The position numbers and the translations under genes were made by a program. This document shows, piece by piece, positions 13,186-27,198 of a DNA stretch of 64,000 nt. Source of the DNA: Basidiobolus meristosporus CBS 931.73 (taxonomy: Eukaryota; Fungi; Basidiobolomycota); NCBI GenBank assembly GCA_002104905.1, contig MCFE01000261.1:1-64000 (forward strand), in the 5' to 3' direction. Position 1 is the first letter of the stretch, and every line of letters starts with the position of its first letter. The notes under the pieces were generated by a model, which ran no database searches, was not told the origin of the DNA, and saw only the letters and a list, made by a program, of their open reading frames with translations.

Positions 13186-14578
13186 ATGGGCGTCATCAAG
13201 CAAAACCCCCTTCCCAAGACGACCTTGGTGGACACAGAGGCAGACAGGTCTAGCGTCAAAAAGGGTCGACATCCCGACTCTCATGAAGACTCTGATCAGG
13301 GTAAATTCAAGGCCATTTTCGGCCTTCTGAAGAACATGATTGGAGTCAAAGATATTGTGAACATGCAAGTGCCATCGTCTTGGTTAGCACGAAATACCGA
13401 CTAAACCCCGGTTGCACAATTTAGGCGTCTATCGTTGCCTGCGCAGCTTCTGGATCCGATATCAAACCTTGAGCAGTGGCAGTACCTCGACCGACCGGAT
13501 TTCTTCGCATGGTATTTATTGTTTGTAGACATCCTCTCACCCAGCCAATTAAAGTCAGCCCACCCCAAATCAATCTAGTCTTGGTGACGACGATGACCCG
13601 GTCAACCGAATGTTTGGGGTGATCACCTGGTGGTTTTCCAAGGATCTGAAATATATAGTGTCTCGCATCAAGAAACCATACAACTCCGTTCTTGGGGAGC
13701 AGTTTATGAGCAAGTGGGAGGTGCCTGCCACAAAGCCTGGCTTGTCATTGAGGGACATAGAATCAGAGCCGGACAAGGTCAGGGTTATATTCGTCGCAGA
13801 GCAGACCTCACACCATCCACCAGTGTCCGCGTTCCACTACGAATGTCCCGAAAAAGGGGTGTCTGCTTGGGGGTCGGATCATATATGCGCTAGATTCACC
13901 GGCACATCCGTTAAGGTTTCTTCGGGTAGCTACTCCTCAGGAATTCATGTCCGTCTAGCAAATCGGGATAATGAGGAATACCGGTTGACTCATCCAACAG
14001 CCAGTATCCAGGGCTGGCTGAAAGGATCCCTATATATCACGGTGAGCGAGTACTGTACCATCACATGTCCCAAAAGTGGATTGAAAGCAGTCATTGAATA
14101 CAAAGAGGAGTCCTGGCTGGGGAAGCCCAAGTTCCTAGTAGAAGGCAAAATATTCCGGCAGAACTTTTCGGATGAGGGTGCCGAAGAGCCTGTCAAGTTA
14201 AAGAGCATCCCAGAGGACCAAGTGGTGGGGAAAGTCGAAGGAAGCTGGCGGGGAAGAATCTACGGAACTCGGACAGATAATAACCAGTCAACAATGTTGC
14301 TTGATATGAACGCATTGCAGGTGATCCCAAAGTTGGTGAAACCAATCTCTGAACAAAACGAGAACGAATCGAGGAGAGTATGGTCCAAGGTCACCGAGCT
14401 TATCATAAAGAAGGATTTCAATAATGCCACGAAGGCCAAGCATGCGCTCGAAGACCTGCAGCGGCAAAAAGCAAGCGAACGACTTGCCAGCGGGAGCGCG
14501 TTCGTTCCCCAGCTGTTCCACTTGGATACCTCGCGACCAGGTTACCCAACTCTAAAGGTTCCTCTGCCTGATTTATGA
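13186..14578 (+). CDS. Oxysterol-binding protein (OSH/KES1 family)
   Basis: RLSLPAQLLDP, KKPYNSVLGE and the signature EQTSHHPPVS; first intron 13365-13424 is GC-AG. Confidence 0.95.
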
Positions 14579-14899
14579 CCAAACATTACTCCAAATTAAT
14601 TTAATTTCTCAAAGTATTACTTGTGCTTAGTAGATCTAGCCAATAAACCTAACAGTAACATCTGGAATTGCACTGGGCTCTATTATTTAATTTGTTTCTT
14701 TAATCATCCTGGCAGCAAAAACAGAGTCATAAAGCGAACGAAGCTCAGCTAGTGATCAATTACAGGATTCAGGTAGAAGGGTAATATGCGGAATGCTAGT
14801 GTTACCATAAAGTATTTAGTATATAAAGGAGGTGAGAAGCGGCATGGGTTATTATAGTCGGCGGTGTGGAAAAGGGAGGTGAAGGGCATAGAGGACTAA

Positions 14900-16183
14900 T
14901 TATTGTTGAGCACATTGTACCCCTGGACCTTGTCCTTGGCCGTCCTCATCCTCGTATTCATCGTCCATTCCTCGTTCGGCACGATTTTTCTGAGAGCTAT
15001 TCATATCACTAAGGACAACTTCTTCAACATCACCCTTGATCTTTGGTAAAGATGCTCTTGGGGGGAGGATGGTTTCGAGTTGTGCGATAGATTCGGGAGT
15101 TGTCCAGTTGCGCTCAGGGAAGATTACTTCAAACTGAACATACAAATCGCCGTGTTGGTGGTGACGATGGCTGGGCATACCCTCATTCTGAATAGTCTTG
15201 ATTTCATCAGGCTTGATAACTTCTCCAGGAAGAATACCTACTTTCAGTTTTCTACCATCCAGGTGTTTGATGATGAAAAAGCCACCGGCGAGAGCAGTAA
15301 CAAGGTCAATCTTTGCGTTATAGAATAGATCATCTCCCTTACGCTTGAAGTGGGCGTGTGGCTTCTCCTCAATGACTATGACGATGTCACCAGGAACGAC
15401 ATCAGGGGCTTGATCAGCTTCACCGTGGAAGACTACTTTTTGGCCGTCTCTCATGCCTTTATCGATATGCACTTCGAGAACCTTGCGCTCAGAGGTAACC
15501 TTCTTGCCATGGCATACTTTGCATTTATCCTTTTCGTTAATAACCTGGCCTTCTCCGTTACAATCTTGGCAGTGTTGTTGAATTTGTTGAACCATGGGGC
15601 CAAGTTGGCGGTGAATGATGCGAACACCACGTCCGTTACAGGTACCGCAAGTCTTCACAGCACCTTCCTTTCCACCCTTACCCTTGCACGAGGAGCAGAT
15701 CACATTCTTTTGCAGTGCAAGCTTACTGGTCTTGCCCTTGTATAAATCTTCCAGAGATACCTTAAGAGCATGGTGGACATCTTTGCCCCTCTTGGGACCA
15801 CTCTGTTGACGAGAACCGCCACCGCCAAAGAAGCCACCACCAAAGAATTGAGAGAACAGGTCTTCAGCAGACATACCAGGGCCGCCTTCATTTTTAAGCC
15901 CTTCTTCGCCGTATTGATCGTAAAGGTTTCTCTTCTCAGAGTCGGAGAGGATTTCGTAAGCGTGGGAGATATCCTTGAATTTGTCACCAGCATCGGGATT
16001 CTAAATATGCAAAAATCACGGTAAGTAATGGAGAATAAAGGAGGAAAGCTCTTGACAGCAAAGAATCCGAACCTTATCAGGGTGGTACTTCAAAGCCAGC
16101 TTGCGATAAGCTTTCTTTAGTTCACTTTCAGAGGCGGTGGGAGAAACTCCCAAGATATCGTAGTATTTGGTATCTTTGACCAT
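14900..16183 (-). CDS. YDJ1: Type I DnaJ co-chaperone
   Basis: MVKDTKYYD start, J domain, G/F region, CxxCxGxG zinc repeats, C-terminal CaaX CAQQ. Confidence 0.96.
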
Positions 16184-17161
16184 TTGTTATGACAGGTGAT
16201 GGCAGGTAAACAAGTAGCTAAGCAAGAAAGCTTCGACTAAGAAATACTGCTAGGAAAATTGACTCCAAATGAAATGTCCTGATTCCCAAACCACCCCACT
16301 ATATAAAATATTTCAGGCTAGCCAGATGAAACGTGCCGTAGCATTCTTTTTTTTTTTTCGATTGTTTTCGTCAATGATGATTATTCAAAGGAAAATCTAT
16401 TTAGTAATGGGTGGAATATTTATCGATTTCTCCTGACCTGGGATCCAATGGGATGGCTTGAATCTCCGATGCGGGCTGCTAGATACTTCGGGCACTTTCC
16501 ATCCCCAAGATCCCGCAATATGTAGAGAATTCCGGTAGATGTTACTGACTAAATCGTCCAGCCCAAGGGAACAATTCAACTTGGTTGGACGAATTATCTG
16601 TAACCAGCAGGCCACTTCACAATCAATACAGATCTACTACGTAAACAGTAGCAAGACGAATCATTGACTAATTGGGATGTCTGTGCACCTGACAAGGGTT
16701 ACCAATTAGCAATTGATCGTCTGAATCCAATGGGAAGAAGTGATAGAGAATCGAAGCACTGGTAAGGTGTAGACCGATGCTACCAGAAGCATGACAAATC
16801 AACAGTGCTATGGAAGCAACTGGTAATTTGAGTAGCACATGGCCCAAACTATTTGCTGCAAGCTCAAGTGGGTAATGCTGTACTGCTCCTTGTTCATAAA
16901 GCATCATGGCATCATGACATCGGCAAGGCCTTCATCTTGCCTTGATATGTAACTAGTGCGTTGACAGGTACTGGTTTGGTGCTGCGTATACTTCATCTAG
17001 ACTTTATATTAAATTAGGGTGGTGGCCCTTGGTAGTGCTTTATTTTACACCTAGATACCTCCATCATTTCTACCTTACGACGTCAACCCTCAGTGAATGA
17101 GTGTGGTGCTTCATTTCGGGGCATCGCGCGGTTCAACCGGTACCTCGCTAACGGGCCTAAG

Positions 17162-18188
17162 TCATTCTTGACGTCTCCTGATAAGGCTTCGTGTCCTGAG
17201 ATCAGCTTGGCGAATTGGCTCTGGGATTCTGTACAGCGAGCAATGAAGCGCTATGGCCACTGCTGTCTCGTGGGAGACTCGATGTCCTGTAGATATGAAG
17301 ATGGGGTTTGTGGTTGTATCAAGAGTACGTACAGCCTATAGAGGGATTGGTATTAGAATAGTGCCATATTTGCAAACAAATCCACAGAACATTATATACC
17401 ATGCCCCAGAGCGTGCCTGAGTCCCCTATCAAGGGAAGCTTATCCCCCCCTTTCTGGAGTAGCTTGTGGCATTGTGTTTTCACTTTGGCCATGGTTAGCT
17501 CTGGACCATCGTTGATTTGAAGGAAATTTTTAGCTACACCGATAGTTGGTATGTCGGTAAGGACGCCAAGATGGCTAGCAAGTCCAAAACCGCGCGGATG
17601 TAGCACCCCATTTCCATCTACAAGTAGAACCTATGGTAAATAAATATATATGCCAATCGCTCTTGAAGTATCTATGATATCTTTTACTTGAGGCAAGAAT
17701 TCTGGTTTGTTATTTCTCAGCTTCTCGACTAATTCAAGTAGCACGTGGACTTCTCTGAACGCCAGAAAGCCAGGTATATAAGGTAGTTGGATCTTGACTT
17801 CTGCGAAATCCTCATATACTACCTAGAGAAGGCCATGCTTATTAAGGTCCAAGTTTTCACGTACCAATCGTTACTATCGCAGTACCTGTAGACTAGGGTA
17901 CTCCAGCACAACCAAACCAGCAAGCGCTAAACAAGCATCGTCTGTCGGAAAGCTTAAATCAACCCCGCCAATTAACCGAAGCCCTTGAACTTCACTTCGG
18001 TTGTTCAGAGTGAACTCCGGCAGATCATCAGTTAAAATCAACTTCTGGCGTAATTCAAGTTGTTCTCTAAAGAAGAGCTCAGACCACATACGTCAAGTCC
18101 AAAAGCCAAGCAACAACTACCTTTTCCATATTTCCTTTATTTTCTCATCCGGTGTGGGTACCGAGCAGCTGGTTTGCGTGGCTGACAT
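17162..18188 (-). CDS. ENDOV: Endonuclease V (inosine nuclease)
   Basis: [52 protein letters not shown] and [10 protein letters not shown] across four exons. Confidence 0.95.
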
Positions 18189-18417
18189 AAGTTCTTAAAA
18201 GGAGTAGTGGTTTTGCTATAGTAACATTTTACAGTGCGTATGACTGAAATAGTGAGCTTAGCTAAGCTCCTCCCACACAATACGTGATCAATGTATCAGA
18301 CCAAATTAGTGCACACTTCAGTCAGCGAAAAAATTTAGGCGAGCTACGGACACTTAGATTGGGCAAGGTTTATTTTAAACCAAACTTGGGTATTCATTAA
18401 CATAGGTGATTGCAAGC

Positions 18418-18968
18418 TCAGTAGAAGTCAACATTGCTCCAATAAGTACTGTTGTAGTTTTCCAACAGTTCTGGGCGCAGTTTGTATTTCAACTGCCAGT
18501 CAGTAAATCCGCCACGAAGCACGAGCACTTCTTGGTTATGGTTGTTTCCACTTTCTTGCAGCGCTTCATTGTAAATTCTGGCCGATTTAGGTCCACGGAC
18601 TTGCGACAAAGCACAGTGAAAGAACACCTTTGGGACTTTGCTATATTTTTCGACGAGCTCGTTGGCACGGTCCGCAACCTCATGGGCAGGGACATTTATG
18701 GCATTTGGAATGTTCCCGTTCTATTTTGATGCAGGGTTAGAAGGAGGCTCAGGGCAATGTGTGGTGTCATAATGAACGGTTTGAAATTACTTTGAAGTCC
18801 TCATCTCGAACGTCGACAACCAAGTAATCTTTTCTAGAAACAGGAAATGCGTAAAAACGTGGAGAGCTATGTAGAGGCGAAGAAGGAAAAGTACCCTGGT
18901 GTCAAGGATTTGTTCAAGAGAATCTCTTCGAGCTCTTCGCTACCAGCATATGGGATAGTACTGGACAT
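18418..18968 (-). CDS. Rhodanese-fold Cdc25-like phosphatase/arsenate reductase (Ych1/Ibp1/Acr2 family)
   Basis: MSSTIPYAGSEELEE...KDYLVVDVRDEDF...GHIPNAINVP...HCALSQVRGPKSA...LRGGFTDW. Confidence 0.9.
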
Positions 18969-19411
18969 CCTCCTTACGATAACACGTTGCAATGCAGCAC
19001 TGGAAAACAAAATCGATGCTTACCAAGTTGGTAAAAGGGGATTTATTCATTGCTGATGAATTCTTATTAGTGGACAATCGAGAAAAGTTGATTGGTAACT
19101 CGATTTGCCAAGTTAATGTCATCATTGAGGCCTATTATGAGATCATTTTAAAGACAGATAGTGAGCTCTTGCCTGGCGGTGCATGGTTTGATAGACTCCA
19201 GTCAGATGTGTCAACAAGCAGTTGTTTCTGCGCTTCCCATTCACTATTCAAGACCAGTTTTCACCCTTCAAGGTGGTTACGCTAAGAGGAGCGAAATTCA
19301 GCTGGATTGTTTACAGTGTTTATTCATTTGCCTAAAGAGATGATGTCTAATGAAGCAGCAAGGGTAATTGAATACTAATGTGAAGGCTCTGTAGGAATAC
19401 ATCGGGTCAAT

Positions 19412-21249
19412 TTATATTCCTGGAACACCTTTCCGCTCACGTTCGTAGTACTTGGCAATCAGGAATGCTACGTCTAAACTTTGCTCACAGTTTAGGCGTG
19501 GATCACAGAATGTTTGATAATTTTGTGAAAGGTCATCATGATCAAGCTCCATGAACCCTCCAACGCATTCTACGTAAGACATGATTAGCATCTAATCCGT
19601 ACAAGTGGTTGGTAGAAACAAAAGAAAGTACCGGTCACATGATCGCCCGTCAGCTCTAGATGAATACCGTTCAACTGGCTGTTGTTCTCTTTGTGGATAC
19701 GGATGGATTTGCTAATCTCCTGTATGATGTTGTTGAAGCTGCGGGTTTTCACGCCAGATGAGCTTTGTTCAGTGCTGTAGACGTGTTCGGGTGAGTATCA
19801 GGGGGCGCAGTGGACGAAGAAAACCGACTTACTTTCCGTGCATGGGATCACATGCCCAGACAACGACGTGTCCGGATTCTTGCACAGCTTTAATATGACC
19901 TGGGAGATATTGCTCAATCTAAATCAATTTAGCAGTTGGTCCAAAGGAGCATCTGATATGAACCCACCTTGGTGGCATTATATCTTGAGATCAAAGTGAC
20001 TTTGCCGATTTCCTTTTTGGGATTGACGATATTCAGTACCCTGACAAGCTCCTCATTCTCCATACTGGGCCCGACTTTGATGCCGATGGGGTTCTCAATG
20101 CCAGAGAAATACTCCACATGAGCCCCATCTAATTGCCTGGTTCTGTCGCCGATCCAAAGGAAATGAGTACTGGTGTTGTACCATTTTCTGCCGCCATTCG
20201 AGGGATCAGGCAGATATCTGGTAAGTGCCTCTTCGAATGGGAGCATAAGTCCTTCGTGAGACATGTATAGGTCAACACTACTGAGAGTGGAGGCTAACTG
20301 AGGCTGATCGGCACCAATGACTTGCATATAGTTAAGGGCATCTGTGAGTCGATTGACGATAGTTTGATACTCTTCGCGGATCTCAGTCGAATTAATGTAT
20401 TGTAAATCCCACTCAGTTGGGCGGTGCAAATCAGCAAATCCAGAGTTGAGAATAGAGCGGACATAATTCATTGTAGCCGCAGAGTGGAAATAGGCACTAG
20501 ATCCGAATATTAACAAAGTAATCAGGCTAGCATGAGAGCAATCGATTTACCTGAGTAGTCTCTCTGGGTCTGGCTCACGGTCATTGGGGTTGTAACCATT
20601 GATATTGTCTCCTCTATTAATCAGTTAACTTGGTGGATTCCTGAAGCACGCTCTGGATTTTGGCGTTACCTGAATGAATAGATCTCCTCTCCCTCGTGCA
20701 ATTCCGTTGGCTTTGAGCGAGGCTTTGCATACTGAAATAGCAAAGATTGTCAGCACTTGAAGGAACCTTTTGCGTCTTCTCTGGCGTTGTTACCTGACCG
20801 GCCATACGGGCAATTCGCACAACTGGAATTCTAGCTCCCCAAGTGAGTATCAAACTCATTTGTAGCAATATTTTAAGTTTGTTTTCGATTGGTTCCTAGA
20901 GTCAGCGCTACTTTAGAAAGGGGAACGTGGACTCTGTGGGGGAGGTGACAACAGTATTTACCTGCGAGCAGTAGTCAAAGGATTCGGCGCAGTCACCGCC
21001 CTGTAACAGGAAAGCTTTTCCCAGGGCAACCTCCTTGAGTTGTTCCCGGAGAGCTTGAATCTGTGGACTGGTTAAGTAACCAGCTTGAAAGACGAAACAC
21101 ACGAAAATTACCTCTCGGGGGCAAACCAAAGGTGGCAAATAAGCCAGTTTACCCAACACTCGATTCAGCTTTTCTTCATCGTTGTAGATAACATCTTGAG
21201 TCACTGGCTTCTTTCTCCAGGAAGAAGGCGTCCAGGTATTTTCAGTCAT
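19412..21249 (-). CDS. Class II DAHP synthase
   Basis: WTPSSWRKKP, FLLQGGDCAESF, RIARMAGQYAKPRS, YMSHEGL, FLWIGDRTRQLDGAH, NPIGIKVGP, CDPRLN. Confidence 0.96.
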
Positions 21250-22180
21250 AACAATAGTATTGAAATATATACGACTACGATAAAATATGAATATCGAGGA
21301 AAAGCCTTGGTATGATGATAACCAACAATCCCTTCGAGTTGCCAAATTTCTGGTGACTAATTGTATATATATAGCCTGGGGGCTATCCTATACACCATTG
21401 AATATAGATTTGCCCTCTACTGTGAATTCTAAATTCAGTGGGGGACACTACTGTGTATGATTCATTATGGCACATTTTACGTTGGACTGATGTTAAACCA
21501 TTGAATTTGCACATATCAAATCCAGTACGAGGATTGTTTCCATAGATGGTAAGCCAATTCAGGCCTGACCCTTTGAGGAAATGAAGCTGTGTCCAATCAT
21601 TTGATGATTCTGAAGACAGTGGGTGAAATTCACCACCAGATATTGGTCAAAATCAAGATGACTAGGAATGAGTCGAACGCTGTAACCACCCATTATATAA
21701 TTGAGTACGTCCTTACAGATTTGGCGCTTCCATTGCGGGCCAGAAATTTTGTCACAGCATGCCAGGTCAACGGGTTACAATTCTGGGTTATAGACTGGAA
21801 TCCTTCAACAGCCTTGCTATTGTCATGTCAATCCCAGACAATGGAAATGTGAATGATTTGTTGACAATCGATTTCAAATGTGCCAACCAGCCTTTGGAGG
21901 GTGACACCTAGTGGCTTAAATTAATGTCATTGCCAAAATCGTACAGTCCAGGTTGATATCCAATGGATGCGTAGAATTGTCGCGTAGGGTTGCACTTCTT
22001 CACAATACGGCTACCATTAGGTACTGTGATACTAGGGTTGGCTCATGTACGGAATTGTTCAAGTATACGCTTCATTTTATTTGACATTATGGATTAGTTG
22101 GGCTCACTACTATTATGCTGAAGAGTGTGAATGTACATTTTGTACACTACTGGCGTTTCGAGCATAGCCGATGGAGTAGT

Positions 22181-23747
22181 CTAGCTAAAGATCATGCTTG
22201 CAGCAACATCGGGATCACCATTTGCGGCATCTAAGGCAGCGATTGCTTCTTCGCGAGGGATGCCCAGATTGGTGAGTATTTGAATGCTCTGTTCGGAGTA
22301 TTTCGATTGTGTTGTAGCGGAGGTTTGGGAAGATGACGCTGAGGCGGTTACATTAGGGAGTGGGGCGGATAGGCCTGGGATGCTGGTGCCTGGAACTGAG
22401 GTTCCAGTGGATTTGGTGTCCGATACAACTTCCTCTTCTGCAAAGTCCTTTGGCAATTCATGCTCGGCGAGAAAAGGAATCTCTCTGTCATTGATGACAA
22501 GTGCATTTCTACGGAGATCTATGCAGGCCTACCAACGAGTTAGTTATGAGGGGACATTGGATATACGATTAGGTAGCAAACCTGGTGGCGCTTCAGCATA
22601 TCTAGCCCAAATAATAGATCTACCCCTTTTCCTTCCATGACCGTGAAGGAGCATTGGAGGAATAGATCTGTTCCTACTTTGAGTTGGGCACTGTGCACTC
22701 TACCAAGGATCTTTGCAGTTCCCACACCTTTGGCGATACCGGCAAATCGCGTGTCCAGGAGACGCATTAAACTAGTGGGATCCAAGGTGAGTTTAAAATT
22801 CAAGTACATCTACTCTTGTTACGTACCCGCATGCTTGAGCACAATCCGGAGACACTGTTGCGCTTAACATTAATAATCGAGATCAAAGAGCAATTCATTC
22901 GTAGCGATGCTTACTGATTGTAGCCTGAGCTCCAGAATCAACAAAGGCTTTTACAGGATGCCCGTTCACCTCAACATTGATGTAAAGCATATGGACCCTT
23001 CCGAATGATTCAGGATTATATTCCAAAGCCGCCTCCATATTTGACATTACATTTTCCATTCGAATCGCCTCCTCAATTTTACGCTGAGCATCAATGTCAA
23101 ACGGATTTGCTTCAAGTGCTGCCTATCGACAACGTGAATAGCTGAGAACAAACTTGCTATCTTCTATACAAAAATTACCATTTCGGAGAGTTTGAGCTGC
23201 TCAGCTTGTTTCCTCTGAGTTTCCATGTTGCGCATAATGTTCGCAAAGCCCTGAGGGTCGTTTAAAGCGGCTTGTGCCAACTGTGGATGGCTCTAATAAG
23301 AGGGTAAGGTATCTATTGTTTTCTGGAGGCAACCTATGAGTAGAATGTTACCTGAGCAAGCTGTTGTAGTAGTCGAGTGTCATTGATAACATGTTGTCTT
23401 GTCTGTTCAAATTGACTGTCTTGTGATTGAACAGTCTGGGAGCTGCCGGAGGTAGTTTTGGACGAGTCAACGCGGACTAATATTATGTCGTCATTATTAA
23501 CACCAAGTTCCTTGAGAGATTTCTTTTTGTCAGATAGGATTCTTCCATTATGGTAGAGCTGTTGTGTATCAGGAGTATATCCAGTCTGCAATAAAGAGGT
23601 CTATTAAAACATGGCAACGTCATATATCATAGTGTTATGGAATCTTACTTCAGCTTCGATGAGAGCCAACAGATTCTCAAGCTCCATGGAGGGGTCCACC
23701 TCGAGATTGTGAAGATCTCCTTGTTCGGTCGTTAGAGTAAGTTTCAT
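22181..23747 (-). CDS. DDI1: DNA damage-inducible protein 1 (UBL + retroviral-like aspartyl protease + UBA)
   Basis: N-terminal UBL; [10 protein letters not shown]; [12 protein letters not shown]; [14 protein letters not shown]; C-terminal UBA ([30 protein letters not shown]). Confidence 0.95.
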
Positions 23748-24158
23748 GTTAAAGTAGAATACACCTTATTTCAGGAGGTTGCAGTCCTTTTAACTCGTAC
23801 CTTCAACGTCAACTGAATAAACGTAAGTATATATTATGGAATGGTGTATCCTTGAATAGAAGGCGCCTTTGTGTTATATATAGCGAATCCGACCTGGATA
23901 CGAAAATGCTATACAAATCTAGCAACCACTAGTAAAATCTTTTTTCACCAAGGCAATTAACGCAATTACACTTTGCCAAGCCAAACTAATAAGCAACAAG
24001 CTGTTAGGTGCAAATAATCTTGGTGACTGAATTAAAAGACATATTATAGACGGGAACCTTGGGATAGGGTCGTGACACTCGATAGCAAAGATATCTCTTT
24101 GCGTGATTCTCATTTGTATATACTTGTTCTTAACCATCAAGGATTTTCCACCTTCAAG

Positions 24159-27100
24159 ATGATCATTGTTTTTATTCTTGATACATCTATTTCGATGTCA
24201 CGTCCATTGAATGGTAATCCAACCGAAGGCAATTATTTAGATTGTGCTAAAGCTGGTGTAGAGCATTTCTTTAAACTACGCAAAAGGACAGGTGGCGACA
24301 ACAACGAAAAATATATGTTGGCAACATACGATCCGGTTGACCCTATAAAGGTTTGAGACGGATCCTTCTCTCGATGCTTGCGAAATCTCTAATTCGAACT
24401 GTTATTTCAATCCCTCTTAACGTTTCGAAAATAGAGCAACTTCAAAGATTCGGCACAGATACTGTTAGACGAACTAAGGAATGTACAAGTTGATCCTTCC
24501 CATAAGTACAATGATGCCGAGGCCCTGAAAACGGTATTCGAATACTTGAACATATACAGAGTCTTTTGCGGCTTTGACGCCCCAGCACAGGTAATTAATT
24601 CGGACACTTCAACGCTCTTCCTTTTTACTCAAGCCTCTTTGTATGGTAAAGGGGAGATATCCAGGACTTTCGGAATCTGTCCTGCTTTTGTGGTTTACTG
24701 ACGGAGGCATAAATCGCCCATTCAATGCTCTGGACAAGGTCTATATTTCTACACCCATGTTGCTCGGTACAGTTCGTTATAACTGAATTATGCCATAACA
24801 GCTACAGGAACAGGGTCTAAATTCGATAGGATCGGAGTTATACTGCGAACCATATAGATGGGATCATAGAATGTATACATTTTTGATTACTTCCCAAACA
24901 TCATCCCAAACATCGGAAGTTGAGCAGAGTTGTCCATTGAGTGAGATCATGGGTGGTGCCACGTATCAAGTGCAGTTCACCCACCTTCTACAGTCTTATA
25001 TGGGCAGTATGATGGGTATTCCGCCACCCCCAAACACCATTCTACCATTGGCAATTCCTCCTCTTGCGCATATACACGGCGTGCTGGTGAACTTTGAGGA
25101 GCTATGCGGTATGAAGTCTCCGCAATGTTCTGGCTCCTTTTCCACACTTACCAAACCTTTCTTGAATCTAGTGGAGCCTTCCGAGGCACTGCCCCATCGC
25201 GCCGACCACAAGCTAATTTATGTCAACCCCAACAATCGGCACCCGGGTTTCTTTCCTATACCAGAATCGTCTTGGTTCGATGGCAAAACTCAGAATCTAG
25301 TAAGCCCTATCTTTAAGGAAGTCTTGCATGCCGATCAGTAGATTAAATGTTCGCTACCCAAGCCGGTCAGAGTTGCTCATCCGACCATTTACATTAAAAT
25401 GAAGGATGAGCGGTATACAATCCCGCCTGGTGTTCCATTTGACAAGTATGTCATTGAACATTCTGATTTTACCAAAGAGCTGCTCAAAAGGCCTAAGGGC
25501 GTCTGTTGGGAGGTATGTGAATACTAGAGTATGTCCGTGTCGGCTGATCATGGTACGAACGATTTTCTATTTTCCTCAGACGTATGTTCAAAACAGTTTC
25601 CGGGAAGAAGGATATGGCTTCCCGTTTGGCTTTTTGATGAGTAACTCTAACGGAACCAACGTCAACCTGTACATTCTCCCGTACAACTACAAAGTGTTAT
25701 TCACTTTACTAGGTAAGGATTTTAGATGGTACATAATCTCACGCTCTTTCGAGGTTAACCGCGTCTTCTTCGATGGTTCAAGAAAAATTACAGCAATTCA
25801 CGACTCGTGCGCCTAATCAACGCTGGATGAAAGACTTCACCAAGTTCCTGGATTACACACCAATCTATTACGGAGGGGTATGCACTTTCAGATGCAAAGT
25901 ATAGCGTTCTTAAAGCCCTATGCTTACCCATCTTCGTTCTCACCTCAGGGATTAAGGAATTACCTAAAAACAATTGGCCAACACACCTTGATACCTGGTG
26001 AGTTTGGTACCATCAGCACTGTTATTCAGAAGCAGCTCCACAGACTTAAGGCTGTTGTAAGTGTTGGGTATATGGCATGATCGTCCGTCTGAATTCCCCA
26101 TTAAACCGATGGATTTGTAGGGCAAGATTGAGTTCGACAAAATCCTGAGTCGAAAAGCCAAAACCAGTATAAATCGCGTAAGTGCCATAGTATGTGATTC
26201 ACACGGGGCCGAAGCTAACTTGCCCTTCTACTGTTGGTTTCTACTCTCAGCCTCCAGAGGTAATTACCAATATAGTTTTGCTTGTGTTATCTATGTGCTG
26301 AATTGCATTTTCGAATCCAAAGCTCCCACGTAATGCATTTGACGTTCCTCGACATGCATTGGCCGATACCCTAGCTGCACTGAAGCAGCAATTCTTCAAG
26401 GACGAAGAAGGTGTAGTCACTGAATTCTTGGATACTAACGACGATGAGTCGGTGAAGATCGATGTCCCTCTCGAGGCTCCCCTTAATAACAACTTGAAAC
26501 GTACTCTGGAGGAGAACAATCCCAGCGAATCCAACAAACGACAACGCCTTGACATCCAATCGAACAAATCCGGAGAAAACCCGAGTGCGCCATTGGCCGA
26601 ACACGACAACTCTCTAAATGATACTTCCACTTCGGCAGATACTCCGTCATCCATGGCGTCGTTATCCGAGAAGGATGAACCTACTTCGAGCACTAATCCC
26701 AAGGGCAAAGAAACAGAGTATAAATATCTCTCACCTAAGACTGCTGAAACTGGACAGTACCTAGAGGTAGGCAGTGGCACAGTAAGCTCGGCTATTTCCT
26801 CAAGACAGAGCACGCCAATTTCAAACATCTCCACCCCACCACCATCACAGCCAGCTTCAGTCAAGCCAAGTACATCATCGAAACCCATAGTAAAACCCAA
26901 ATCCTCCACACCTACTCCAGCTCCTCCTAGCAGTAGCGGAGCTAAGGCCACCAAAGTGAAGAAGGAAAGTGTAGCTGAAGTGAAAACATTTTTGATGAAG
27001 CAGATTCGCATGGATCCTAAACGATACGATGAGAATTTGGTGTTGAATAAGCTGGCATCCATCCAGAAGGCTGACTGGTTTACCAAGGATCAAAAGAAAT

Positions 27101-27198
27101 CCCTCATCAATACATTTTTAACAGTTGCCAAAGGACTTCGTCGTAAGATCGTAGTAGAGAAATTGGAGAAGATGAAACAGGAATTAAATATCAAATAA
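24159..27198 (+). CDS. INTS6: Integrator complex subunit 6 homologue (vWA + C-terminal INTS6 domain)
   Basis: MIIVFILDTSISM...YLDCAKAGVEHFFKLR...KYMLATYD, YRWDHRMYTF, GFFPIPESSWFD, PFGFL, LYILPYNY, and C-terminal KQIRMDPKRYD...KGLRRKIVVEKLE match metazoan INTS6 motifs recalled from memory. Confidence 0.85.

Noticed and set aside
23785-24141. U12-type intron (GTATCCTT ... TTCTTAAC) before INTS6
   Set aside because: It would span nearly the whole divergent promoter up to the DDI1 start; probably chance
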